Assembly (NCBI GenBank): GCA_964016885.1
Contig: OZ024748.1
Span: 37,820,001-37,884,000, forward strand
DNA length: 64,000 bases
Reading direction: 5' to 3'
Origin: Eledone cirrhosa
Taxonomy: Eukaryota
The position numbers and the translations under genes are program-made. Below are positions 12,090 to 25,500 of this stretch, one piece after another. Below the pieces are notes generated by a model that saw only the letters and a list, made by a program, of their open reading frames with translations, was not told the DNA's origin and did not search any database. How positions within the stretch are numbered: position 1 is the stretch's first letter; every line of letters begins with the position of its first letter.

Positions 12090-15000
12090 GTTGTGATTAA
12101 AAAAAAGGAAAAATATACAGAATGTTGCGAAGGAGGTAAGTGTTCTGATTAAAAAGAAGGAAAAATATAAAGAATGTTGCGAAGGAGGAAAGTGTTGTGA
12201 TTAAAAAGAAGGATAAATATAAAGAATGTTGCGAAGGAGGTAATTGTTGCAATTAAAAAGAAAGACAAATATAAAGAATGTTGCGAAAGATGTAAGTGTT
12301 GTGATTAAAAAGAAGGAAAAATATAAAGAATGTTGCGAAGCAGGTAAGAGTGTTGATTAAAAAGAAGGAAAAATATAAAGAATGTTGAGAAGGAGGTAAG
12401 TGTTGTGATTAAAAAGTAGGAAAAATATAAATAATGTTGCGAAGGAGGTAAGTGTTGTGATTAAAAAGCAGGAAAAATATAAAGAATGTTACGAAGTAGG
12501 TAAGTGTTGTGATTAAAAAGAAGGAAAAATATAAAGAAATTTACGAAGAAGATAAGAGTGGTGATTAAAAGGAAGGGAAAATATAAAGAAATTGACGAAG
12601 GAGGTAAGAGTGGTGATTAAAAAGAAGGAAAAATATAAAGAATATTGCGATGGAGGTAAGTGTTGTGTTTAAAAAAAAGGAAAAATATAAAGATGTTGCG
12701 AAAGAGGTAAGTGTTCTGATTAAAAAGAAGGAAAAATATAGAGAATGTTGCGAAGGAGGTAGAGTTGTGATTAAAAAGAAGGAATAATATAAAGAATGTT
12801 GCGAAGGAGGTAAGTGTTGTGATTAAATAGAAGGAAAAATATAGAGAATGTTGCGAAGGAGGTAAGTGTTGTGATTAAAAAGGAAAAACATAAAGAATGT
12901 TGCGAAGGGGGTAAGAGTTGTGTTAAAAAGAAAGAAAATTATTTAGAATGTTGCGAAGGAGGTAAGTGTTCTGAATAAAAAGAAGGAAAAATATAAAGAA
13001 TGTTGCGAAGGAGGTAACAGTTGTGATTAAAAAGAAGGAAAAATATAAAAAATGTTGCGAATGAGGTAAGTGTTGTGATTAAAAAGAAGGAAAAATATAA
13101 AGGATGTTGCGAAGGAGGTAAGTGTTGTGATTAAAAGGAAGGGAAAATATAAAAATGTTGCGAAGGAGGTAACAGTTGTGATTAAAAAGAGGAACAAATA
13201 TAAAAAATGTTGCGAAGGAGGTAAGTGTTGTGATTAAAAAGAAGGAAAAATAAAAAGAATGTTGCGAAGGAGGTCAGTGTTGTGATTAACAGGAAGGGAA
13301 AATATAAAGAATGTTGCGAAGGAGGTAAGTGTTGTGATTAAAAAAAAGGAAAAATATACAGAATGTTGCGAAGGAGGTAAGTGTTGTGATTAAAAAGAAG
13401 GAAAAATATAAAGAATGTTGCGAAGGAGGAAAGTGTTGTGATTAAAAAGAAGGAAAAATATAAAGAATGTTGCGAAGCAGGTAAGAGTGTTGATTAAAAA
13501 GAAGGAAAAATATAAAGAATGTTGAGAAGGGGGTAAGTGTTGTGATTAAAAAGTAGGAAAAATATAAATAATGTTGCGAAGGAGGTAAGTGTTGTGATTA
13601 AAAAGCAGGAAAAATATAAAGAATGTTACGAAGTAGGTAAGTGTTGTGATTAAAAAGAAGGAAAAATATAAAGAAATTTACGAAGGAGATAAGAGTGGTG
13701 ATTAAAAAGAAGGGAAAATATAAAGAAATTTACGAAGGAGGTAAGAGTGGTGATTAAAAAGAAGGAAAATATAAAGAATGTTGCGAAGGAGGTGAGAGTT
13801 GTGATTAAAAAGAAGGAAAAATATAAAGAAACTTACGAAGGAGGTAAGAGTTGTGATTAAAAAGAAGGAAAAATATAAAGAATGTTACGAAGGAGGTAAG
13901 AGTGGTGATTAAAAAGAAGGAAAAATATAAAGAATATTGCGAAGGAGGTAAGTGTTGTGTTTAAAAAGAAGGAAAAATATAAAGAATGTTGCGTAAGAGG
14001 TAAGTCTTGTGATTAAAAAGAAGGAAAATTATAAAGAATGTTGCTAAGGAGGTAAGTGTTGTGATTAAAAAAAGGAAAAATATAAAGAATGTTACGAAGG
14101 AGGTAACAGTTGTGATTAAAGAGAAAGAAAATTATTTAGAATGTTGCGAAGGAGGTAAGTGTTGTGATTAAAAAAAAGGAAAAATATACAGAATGTTGCG
14201 AAGGAGGTAAGTGTTCTGATTAAAAAGAAGGAAAAATATAAAGAATGTTGCGAAGGAGGAAAGTGTTGTGATTAAAAAGAAGGATAAATATAAAGAATGT
14301 TGCGAAGGAGGTAATTGTTGCAATTAAAAAGAAAGACAAATATAAAGAATGTTGCGAAAGATGTAAGTGTTGTGATTAAAAAGAAGGAAAAATATAAAGA
14401 ATGTTGCGAAGCAGGTAAGAGTGTTGATTAAAAAGAAGGAAAAATATAAAGAATGTTGAGAAGGAGGTAAGTGTTGTGATTAAAAAGTAGGAAAAATATA
14501 AATAATGTTGCGAAGGAGGTAAGTGTTGTGATTAAAAAGCAGGAAAAATATAAAGAATGTTACGAAGTAGGTAAGTGTTGTGATTAAAAAGAAGGAAAAA
14601 TATAAAGAAATTTACGAAGAAGATAAGAGTGGTGATTAAAAGGAAGGGAAAATATAAAGAAATTGACGAAGGAGGTAAGAGTGGTGATTAAAAAGAAGGA
14701 AAAATATAAAGAATATTGCGATGGAGGTAAGTGTTGTGTTTAAAAAAAAGGAAAAATATAAAGATGTTGCGAAAGAGGTAAGTGTTCTGATTAAAAAGAA
14801 GGAAAAATATAGAGAATGTTGCGAAGGAGGTAGAGTTGTGATTAAAAAGAAGGAATAATATAAAGAATGTTGCGAAGGAGGTAAGTGTTGTGATTAAATA
14901 GAAGGAAAAATATAGAGAATGTTGCGAAGGAGGTAAGTGTTGTGATTAAAAAGGAAAAACATAAAGAATGTTGCGAAGGGGGTAAGAGTTGTGATTAAAA

Positions 15001-15790
15001 AGAAAGAAAATTATTTAGAATGTTGCGAAGGAGGTAAGTGTTCTGAATAAAAAGAAGGAAAAATATAAAGAATGTTGCGAAGTAGGTAACAGTTGTGATT
15101 AAAAAGAAGGAAAAATATAAAAAATGTTGCGAATGAGGTAAGTGTTGTGATTAAAAAGAAGGAAAAATATAAAGGATGTTGCGAAGGAGATAAGTGTTGT
15201 GATTAAAAGGAAGGGAAAATATAAAGAATGTTGCGAAGGAGGTAACAGTTGTGATTAAAAAGAGGAACAAATATAAAAAATGTTGCGAAGGAGGTAAGTG
15301 TTGTGATTAAAAAGAAGGAAAAATAAAAAGAATGTTGCGAAGGAGGTCAGTGTTGTGATTAACAGGAAGGGAAAATATAAACAATGTTGCGAAGGAGGTA
15401 AGTGTTGTGATTAAAAAAAAGGAAAAATATACAGAATGTTGCGAAGGAGGTAAGTGTTGTGATTAAAAAGAAGGAAAAATATAAAGAATGTTGCGAAGGA
15501 GGAAAGTGTTGTGATTAAAAAGAAGGAAAAATATAAAGAATGTTGCGAAGCAGGTAAGAGTGTTGATTAAAAAGAAGGAAAAATATAAAGAATGTTGAGA
15601 AGGGGGTAAGTGTTGTGATTAAAAAGTAGGAAAAATATAAATAATGTTGCGAAGTAGGTAAGTGTTGTGATTAAAAAGAAGGAAAAATATAAAGAAATTT
15701 ACGAAGGAGATAAGAGTGGTGATTAAAAAGAAGGGAAAATATAAAGAAATTTACGAAGGAGGTAAGAGTGGTGATTAAAAAGAAGGAAAA
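12090..15790 (+). repeat. About 40-monomer duplication (offset 2071-2073 bp), about 1.8 copies
   Basis: Markers repeat at a near-constant offset: ttacgaagaagataag 12541/14612, gattaaatag 12821/14892, the C of gaggaacaaat 13195/15268. Boundaries are approximate. Confidence 0.8.
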
Positions 15791-18700
15791 ATATGAAGAA
15801 TATTGCGATGGAGGTAAGTGTTGTGTTTAAAAAAAAGGAAAAATATAAAGATGTTGCGAAAGAGGTAAGTGTTCTGATTAAAAAGAAGGAAAAATATAAA
15901 GAAATTTACGAAGGAGGTAAGTGTTGTGATTAAAAAGAAGGAAAAATATAAAGACTATTGCGAAGGAGGTAAGTGTTGTGTTTAAAAAGAAGGAAAAATA
16001 TAAAGAACGTTGCGAAGGAGGTAAGTGTTGTGATTAAAAATAAGGAAAAATATAAAGAATGATGCGAAGGAGGTAGAGTTGTGATTAAAAAGAAGGAATA
16101 ATATAAAGAATGTTGCGAAGGAGGTAAGTGTTGTGATTAAAAAGAAGGAAAAATATAGAGAATGTTGCGAAGGAGGTAAGTGTTGTGATTAAAAAGAAGG
16201 AAAAACATAAAGAATGTTGCGAAGGGGGTAAGAGTTGTGATTAAAAAGAAAGAAAATTATTTAGAATGTTGCGAAGGAGGTAAGTGTTGTGATTAAAAAG
16301 CAGGAAAAATATAAAGAATGTTACGAAGTAGGTAAGTGTTGTGATTAAAAAGAAGGAAAAATATAAAGAAATTTACGAAGGAGGTAAGAGTGGTGATTAA
16401 AAAGAAGGGAAAATATAAAGAAATTTACGAAGGAGGTAAGAGTGGTGATTAAAAAGAAGGAAAAATATAAAGAATATTGCGATGGAGGTAAGTGTTGTGT
16501 TTAAAAAAAAGGAAAAATATAAAGATGTTGCGAAAGAGGTAAGTGTTCTGATTAAAAAGAAGGAAAAATATAGAGAATGTTGCGAAGGAGGTAGAGTTGT
16601 GATTAAAAAGAAGGAATAATATAAAGAATGTTGCGAAGGAGGTAAGTGTTGTGATTAAAAAGAAGGAAAAATATAGAGAATGTTGCGAAGGAGGTAAGTG
16701 TTGTGATTAAAAAGGAAAAACATAAAGAATGTTGCGAAGGGGGTAAGAGTTGTGATTAAAAAGAAAGAAAATTATTTAGAATGTTGCGAAGGAGGTAAGT
16801 GTTCTGAATAAAAAGAAGGAAAAATATAAAGAATGTTGCGAAGTAGGTAACAGTTGTGATTAAAAAGAAGGAAAAATATAAAAAATGTTGCGAATGAGGT
16901 AAGTGTTGTGATTAAAAAAAAGGAAAAATATAAAGGATGTTGCGAAGGAGGTAAGTGTTGTGATTAAAAGGAAGGGAAAATATAAAGAATGTTGCGAAGG
17001 AGGTAACAGTTGTGATTAAAAAGAGGAACAAATATAAAAAATGTTGCGAAGGAGGTAAGTGTTGTGATTAAAAAGAAGGAAAAATAAAAAGAATGTTGCG
17101 AAGGAGGTCAGTGTTGTGATTAACAGGAAGGGAAAATATAAAGAATGTTGCGAAGGAGGTAAGTGTTGTGATTAAAAAAAAGGAAAAATATACAGAATGT
17201 TGCGAAGGAGGTAAGTGTTGTGATTAAAAAGAAGGAAAAATATAAAGAATGTTGCGAAGGAGGTAGAGTTGTGATTAAAAAGAAGGAATAATATAAAGAA
17301 TGTTGCGAAGGAGGTAAGTGTTGTGATTAAAAAGAAGGAAAAATATAGAGAATGTTGCGAAGGAGGTAAGTGTTGTGATTAAAAAGAAGGAAAAATATAA
17401 ATAATGTTGCGAAGGAGGTAAGTGTTGTGATTAAAAAGAAGGAAAAATAAAAAGAATGTTGCGAAGGAGGTCAGTGTTGTGATTAACAGGAAGGGAAAAT
17501 ATAAACAATGTTGCGAAGGAGGTAAGTGTTGTGATTAAAAAAAAGGAAAAATATACAGAATGTTGCGAAGGAGGTAAGTGTTGTGATTAAAAAGAAGGAA
17601 AAATATAAAGAATGTTGCGAAGGAGGAAAGTGTTGTGATTAAAAAGAAGGAAAAATATAAAGAATGTTGCGAAGCAGGTAAGAGTGTTGATTAAAAAGAA
17701 GGAAAAATATAAAGAATGTTGAGAAGGGGGTAAGTGTTGTGATTAAAAAGTAGGAAAAATATAAATAATGTTGCGAAGTAGGTAAGTGTTGTGATTAAAA
17801 AGAAGGAAAAATATAAAGAAATTTACGAAGGAGATAAGAGTGGTGATTAAAAAGAAGGGAAAATATAAAGAAATTTACGAAGGAGGTAAGAGTGGTGATT
17901 AAAAAGAAGGAAAAATATGAAGAATATTGCGATGGAGGTAAGTGTTGTGTTTAAAAAAAAGGAAAAATATAAAGATGTTGCGAAAGAGGTAAGTGTTCTG
18001 ATTAAAAAGAAGGAAAAATATAAAGAAATTTACGAAGGAGGTAAGTGTTGTGATTAAAAAGAAGGAAAAATATAAAGACTATTGCGAAGGAGGTAAGTGT
18101 TGTGTTTAAAAAGAAGGAAAAATATAAAGAACGTTGCGAAGGAGGTAAGTGTTGTGATTAAAAATAAGGAAAAATATAAAGAATGATGCGAAGGAGGTAG
18201 AGTTGTGATTAAAAAGAAGGAATAATATAAAGAATGTTGCGAAGGAGGTAAGTGTTGTGATTAAAAAGAAGGAAAAATATAGAGAATGTTGCGAAGGAGG
18301 TAAGTGTTGTGATTAAAAAGATGGAAAAACATAAAGAATGTTGCGAAGGGGGTAAGAGTTGTGATTAAAAAGAAAGAAAATTATTTAGAATGTTGCGAAG
18401 GAGGTAAGTGTTGTGATTAAAAAGCAGGAAAAATATAAAGAATGTTACGAAGTAGGTAAGTGTTGTGATTAAAAAGAAGGAAAAATATAAAGAAATTTAC
18501 GAAGGAGGTAAGAGTGGTGATTAAAAAGAAGGGAAAATATAAAGAAATTTACGAAGGAGGTAAGAGTGGTGATTAAAAAGAAGGAAAAATATAAAGAATA
18601 TTGCGATGGAGGTAAGTGTTGTGTTTAAAAAAAAGGAAAAATATAAAGATGTTGCGAAAGAGGTAAGTGTTCTGATTAAAAAGAAGGAAAAATATAGAGA

Positions 18701-21700
18701 ATGTTGCGAAGGAGGTAGAGTTGTGATTAAAAAGAAGGAATAATATAAAGAATGTTGCGAAGGAGGTAAGTGTTGTGATTAAAAAGAAGGAAAAATATAG
18801 AGAATGTTGCGAAGGAGGTAAGTGTTGTGATTAAAAAGGAAAAACATAAAGAATGTTGCGAAGGGGGTAAGAGTTGTGATTAAAAAGAAAGAAAATTATT
18901 TAGAATGTTGCGAAGGAGGTAAGTGTTCTGAATAAAAAGAAGGAAAAATATAAAGAATGTTGCGAAGTAGGTAACAGTTGTGATTAAAAAGAAGGAAAAA
19001 TATAAAAAATGTTGCGAATGAGGTAAGTGTTGTGATTAAAAAAAAGGAAAAATATAAAGGATGTTGCGAAGGAGGTAAGTGTTGTGATTAAAAGGAAGGG
19101 AAAATATAAAGAATGTTGCGAAGGAGGTAACAGTTGTGATTAAAAAGAGGAACAAATATAAAAAATGTTGCGAAGGAGGTAAGTGTTGTGATTAAAAAGA
19201 AGGAAAAATAAAAAGAATGTTGCGAAGGAGGTCAGTGTTGTGATTAACAGGAAGGGAAAATATAAAGAATGTTGCGAAGGAGGTAAGTGTTGTGATTAAA
19301 AAAAAGGAAAAATATACAGAATGTTGCGAAGGAGGTAAGTGTTGTGATTAAAAAGAAGGAAAAATATAAAGAATGTTGCGAAGGAGGTAGAGTTGTGATT
19401 AAAAAGAAGGAATAATATAAAGAATGTTGCGAAGGAGGTAAGTGTTGTGATTAAAAAGAAGGAAAAATATAGAGAATGTTGCGAAGGAGGTAAGTGTTGT
19501 GATTAAAAAGAAGGAAAAATATAAATAATGTTGCGAAGGAGGTAAGTGTTGTGATTAAAAAGAAGGAAAAATAAAAAGAATGTTGCGAAGGAGGTCAGTG
19601 TTGTGATTAACAGGAAGGGAATATATAAACAATGTTGCGAAGGAGGTAAGTGTTGTGATTAAAAAAAAGGAAAAATATACAGAATGTTGCGAAGGAGGTA
19701 AGTGTTGTGATTAAAAAGAAGGAAAAATATAAAGAATGTTGCGAAGGAGGAAAGTGTTGTGATTAAAAAGAAGGAAAAATATAAAGAATGTTGCGAAGCA
19801 GGTAAGAGTGTTGATTAAAAAGAAGGAAAAATATAAAGAATGTTGAGAAGGGGGTAAGTGTTGTGATTAAAAAGTAGGAAAAATATAAATAATGTTGCGA
19901 AGTAGGTAAGTGTTGTGATTAAAAAGAAGGAAAAATATAAAGAAATTTACGAAGGAGATAAGAGTGGTGATTAAAAAGAAGGGAAAATATAAAGAAATTT
20001 ACGAAGGAGGTAAGAGTGGTGATTAAAAAGAAGGAAAAATATGAAGAATATTGCGATGGAGGTAAGTGTTGTGTTTAAAAAAAAGGAAAAATATAAAGAT
20101 GTTGCGAAAGAGGTAGGTGTTCTGATTAAAAAGAAGGAAAAATATAAAGAAATTTACGAAGGAGGTAAGTGTTGTGATTAAAAAGAAGGAAAAATATAAA
20201 GACTATTGCGAAGGAGGTAAGTGTTGTGTTTAAAAAGAAGGAAAAATATAAAGAACGTTGCGAAGGAGGTAAGTGTTGTGATTAAAAATAAGGAAAAATA
20301 TAAAGAATGATGCGAAGGAGGTAGAGTTGTGATTAAAAAGAAGGAATAATATAAAGAATGTTGCGAAGGAGGTAAGTGTTGTGATTAAAAAGAAGGAAAA
20401 ATATAGAGAATGTTGCGAAGGAGGTAAGTGTTGTGATTAAAAAGAAGGAAAAACATAAAGAATGTTGCGAAGGGGGTAAGAGTTGTGATTAAAAAGAAAG
20501 AAAATTATTTAGAATGTTGCGAAGGAGGTAAGTGTTGTGATTAAAAAGCAGGAAAAATATAAAGAATGTTACGAAGTAGGTAAGTGTTGTGATTAAAAAG
20601 AAGGAAAAATATAAAGAAATTTACGAAGGAGGTAAGAGTGGTGATTAAAAAGAAGGGAAAATATAAAGAAATTTACGAAGGAGGTAAGAGTGGTGATTAA
20701 AAAGAAGGAAAAATATAAAGAATATTGCGATGGAGGTAAGTGTTGTGTTTAAAAAAAAGGAAAAATATAAAGATGTTGCGAAAGAGGTAAGTGTTCTGAT
20801 TAAAAAGAAGGAAAAATATAGAGAATGTTGCGAAGGAGGTAGAGTTGTGATTAAAAAGAAGGAATAATATAAAGAATGTTGCGAAGGAGGTAAGTGTTGT
20901 GATTAAAAAGAAGGAAAAATATAGAGAATGTTGCGAAGGAGGTAAGTGTTGTGATTAAAAAGGAAAAACATAAAGAATGTTGCGAAGGGGGTAAGAGTTG
21001 TGATTAAAAAGAAAGAAAATTATTTAGAATGTTACGAAGGAGGTAAGTGTTCTGAATAAAAAGAAGGAAAAATATAAAGAATGTTGCGAAGTAGGTAACA
21101 GTTGTGATTAAAAAGAAGGAAAAATATAAAAAATGTTGCGAATGAGGTAAGTGTTGTGATTAAAAAAAAGGAAAAATATAAAGGATGTTGCGAAGGAGGT
21201 AAGTGTTGTGATTAAAAGGAAGGGAAAATATAAAGAATGTTGCGAAGGAGGTAACAGTTGTGATTAAAAAGAGGAACAAATATAAAAAATGTTGCGAAGG
21301 AGGTAAGTGTTGTGATTAAAAAGAAGGAAAAATAAAAAGAATGTTGCGAAGGAGGTCAGTGTTGTGATTAACAGGAAGGGAAAATATAAAGAATGTTGCG
21401 AAGGAGGTAAGTGTTGTGATTAAAAAAAAGGAAAAATATACAGAATGTTGCGAAGGAGGTAAGTGTTGTGATTAAAAAGAAGGAAAAATATAAAGAATGT
21501 TGCGAAGGAGGTAGAGTTGTGATTAAAAAGAAGGAATAATATAAAGAATGTTGCGAAGGAGGTAAGTGTTGTGATTAAAAAGAAGGAAAAATATAGAGAA
21601 TGTTGCGAAGGAGGTAAGTGTTGTGATTAAAAAGAAGGAAAAATATAAATAATGTTGCGAAGGAGGTAAGTGTTGTGATTAAAAAGCAGGAAAAATATAA

Positions 21701-22550
21701 AGAATGTTACGAAGTAGGTAAGTGTTGTGATTAAAAAGAAGGAAAAATATAAAGAAATTTACGAAGGAGATAAGAGTGGTGATTAAAAAGAAGGGACAAT
21801 ATAAAGAAATTTACGAAGGAGGTAAGAGTGGTGATTAAAAAGAAGGAAAAATATGAAGAATATTGCGATGGAGGTAAGTGTTGTGTTTAAAAAAAAGGAA
21901 AAATATAAAGATGTTGCGAAAGAGGTAAGTGTTCTGATTAAAAAGAAGGAAAAATATAAAGAAATTTACGAAGGAGGTAAGTGTTGTGATTAAAAAGAAG
22001 GAAAAATATAAAGACTATTGCGAAGGAGGTAAGTGTTGTGTTTAAAAAGAAGGAAAAATATAAAGAACGTTGCGAAGGAGGTAAGTGTTGTGATTAAAAA
22101 TAAGGAAAAATATAAAGAATGATGCGAAGGAGGTAGAGTTGTGATTAAAAAGAAGGAATAATATAAAGAATGTTGCGAAGGAGGTAAGTGTTGTGATTAA
22201 AAAGAAGGAAAAATATAGAGAATGTTGCGAAGGAGGTAAGTGTTGTGATTAAAAAGAAGGAAAAACATAAAGAATGTTGCGAAGGGGGTAAGAGTTGTGA
22301 TTAAAAAGAAAGAAAATTATTTAGAATGTTGCGAAGGAGGTAAGTGTTGTGATTAAAAAGCAGGAAAAATATAAAGAATGTTACGAAGTAGGTAAGTGTT
22401 GTGATTAAAAAGAAGGAAAAATATAAAGAAATTTACGAAGGAGGTAAGAGTGGTGATTAAAAAGAAGGGAAAATATAAAGAAATTTACGAAGGAGGTAAG
22501 AGTGGTGATTAAAAAGAAGGAAAAATATAAAGAATATTGCGATGGAGGTA
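15279..22550 (+). repeat. 41-monomer HOR, 2124 bp, 3 full copies plus a partial fourth lacking 6 monomers
   Basis: The C of taaacaatg is at 15382/17506/19630 and the C of gaggaacaa at 17029/19153/21277, all exactly 2124 apart. atatgaagaatattgcgatg at 15791 and 21851 gives 3x2124 minus 312 (6x52). Confidence 0.93.
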
Positions 22551-25500
22551 AGTATTGTGTTTAAAAAAGAGGAAAAATATAAAGATATTGCGAAAGAGTT
22601 AAGTGTTGTGATTAAAAAGAAGGAAAAATATAAAGAAATTTACGAAGGAGGTAAGTGTTGTGATTAAAAAGAAGGAAAAATATAAAGACTATTGCGAAGG
22701 AGGTAAGTGTTGTGTTTAAAAAGAAGGAAAAATATAAAGATATTGCGAAAGAGTTAAGTGTTGTGATTAAAAAGAAGGAAAAATATAAAGAATGTTGCGA
22801 AGGAGGTCAGAGTTGTGTTTAAAAAGAAGGAAAAATATAAAGAATTTTGCGAAGGAGGTAAGTGTTGTGATTAAAAAGAAGGAAAAATATAAAGAAGTTG
22901 CGAAGGAGGTAAGAGTGGTGATAAAAAGAAGGAAAAATATAAAGAATGTTGCGAAGGAGGTAAGTGTTGTGATTAAAAAGATGAAAAAATATAAAGAATG
23001 TTGCGAAGGAGGTAAGAGTTGTGATTAAAAAGAAGAAAAAATATAAAGAATCTTACGAAGGAGTTAAGAGTTGTGATTAAAAAGAAGGAAAAATATAAAG
23101 AATGTTGCGAAGGAGGTAATTGTTGCAATTAAAAAGAAAGACAAATATAACGAATGTTGTGAAGGAGGAAAGTGTTGTGATTAAAAGGAAGGAAAAATAT
23201 AAAGAAATTTACGAAGGAGGTAAGCGTGATGATTAAAAAGAAGGTAAACTATAAAGAATATTGCGAAGGAGGTAAGTGTTGTGTTTAAAAAGAAGGAAAA
23301 ATATAAAGAAATTTACGGAGGAGTTAAGAGTGGTGATATAAAAAGAAGGAAAAATATAAAGAATATTGCGAAAGATGTAAGTGTTGTCATTAAAAAGAAG
23401 GAAAAATATAAAGAATGTTGTGAAGGAGGAAAGTGTTGTGATTAAAAAGAAGGAAAAATATAGAAAATGTTGCGAAGGAGGTAAGAGTTGTGATTAAAAA
23501 GGAGGAAAAATATAAAGAATGTTGCGAAGGAGGTAAGTGTTGTGATTAAAAGGAAGGGAAAACATGAAAATGTTGCGAAGGAGGTAAGTGTTGTGATTAA
23601 AAAGAAGGAAAAATATAAAGAAATTTACGAAGGAGGTAAGAGTGGTGATTAAAAAGAAGGAAAAATATAAAGAATATTGCGATGGAGGTAAGTGTTGTGT
23701 TTAAAAAAAAGGTAAAATATACAGATGTTGCGAAAGAGGTAAGTGTTCTGATTAAAAAGAAGGAAAAATATAAAGAAATTTACGAAGGAGGTAAGTGTTG
23801 TGTTTAAAAAGAAGGAAAAATATAAAGATATTGCGAAAGAGTTAAGTGTTGTGATTAAAAAGAAGGAAAAATATAAAGAATGTTGCGAAGGAGGTCAGAG
23901 TTGTGTTTAAAAAGAAGGAAAAATATAAAAAATGTTGCGAAGTAGGTAAGAGTTATGATTAAAAAGAAGGAAAAATATAAAGAATGTTACGAAGGAGGTA
24001 ACAGTTGTGATTAAAGAGAACGAAAAATATAAAAATTGTTGCGAAAGAGGTAAGTGTTGTAATTAAAAAGAAGGAAAAATATAAATAATGTTGCGAAGAA
24101 GGTAAGTGTTGTGATTAAAAATAAGGAAAAATATAAAGAATGTTGCGAAGGAGGTAAGAGTTGTGATTAAAAAGAAGGAATAATATAAAGAGTGTTGCGA
24201 AGGAGGTATGTGTTGTGATTAAAAAGAAGGAAAAATATAAAGAATGTTGCGAAGGAGGTAAGAGTGTTGATTAAAAAGAAGGAAAAATACAAAGAATTTT
24301 GCGAAGGAGGTAAGTGTTGTGATTAAAAAGAAGTAAAAATATAAAGAATGTTTCAAAGGAGGTAAGTGTTGTGATTAAAAGAAGGGAAAATATAAAGAAT
24401 GTTGCGAAAGAGGTAAGAGTTGTGATTAAAAAGAAGGAAAAATATAAAGAATGTTGCGAAGGAGGTCAGAGTTGTGGTTAAAAAGAAGGAAAAATATAAA
24501 TAATGTTGCGAAGGAGGTAAGTGTTGTGATTAAAAAGAAGGAAAAATATAAAGAAAGTGTTGTGATTAAAAAGAAGTAAAAATATAAAGAATGTTGCGAA
24601 GTAGGTAAGAGTTGTGATTAAAAAGAAGGAAAAATATAAAGAATGTTGCGAAGGAGGTAAGTGTTGTGATTAAAAGGAAGGGAAAATATAAAGAATGTTG
24701 CGAAGGAGGTAAGAGTTGTGATCAAAAAGATGGAAAAATATAAAGAAACTTACGAAGGAGGTAAGAGTTGTGATTAAAAAGAAGGAAAAATATAAAGAAT
24801 GTTTCAAAGGAGGTAAGTGTTGTGATTAAAGAAGGGAAAATATAAAGAATATTGCGAAAGAGGTAAGAGTTGTGATTAAAAAGAAGGAAAACTATAAAGA
24901 ATATTGCGAAGGAGGTAAGTGTTGTGATTAAAAAGAAAGAAAAATATAAAGAATGTTACGATGGAGGTAAGAGTTGTGGTTAAAAAGAAGGAAAAATATA
25001 AAGAATGTTGCGAAGGAGGTAAGTGTTGTGATTAAAAAGAAAGAAAAATATAAAGAATGTTACGATGGAGGTAAGAGTTGTGGTTAAAAAGAAGGAAAAA
25101 TATAAATAATGTTGCGAAGGAGGTAAGTGTTGTGATTAAAAAGAAGGAAAAATATAAAGAAAGTGTTGTGATTAAAAAGAAGTAAAAATATAAAGAATGT
25201 TGCGAAGTAGGTAAGAGTTGTGATTAAAAAGAAGGAAAAATATAAAGAATGTTGCGAAGGAGGTAAGTGTTGTGATTAAAAGGAAGGGAAAATATAAAGA
25301 ATGTTGCCAAGGAGGTAAGAGTTGTGATTAAAAAGAAGGAAAAATATAAAAAATGTTGCGAAGGAGATAAGTGTTGTGATTAAAAAGAAGGAAAAATATA
25401 AAGAATGTTGCGAAGGAGGTTAGAGTTGTGATTAAAAAGATGGAAAAATATAAAGAAACTTACGAAGGAGGTAAGAGTTGTGATTAAAAAAAAGGAAAAA

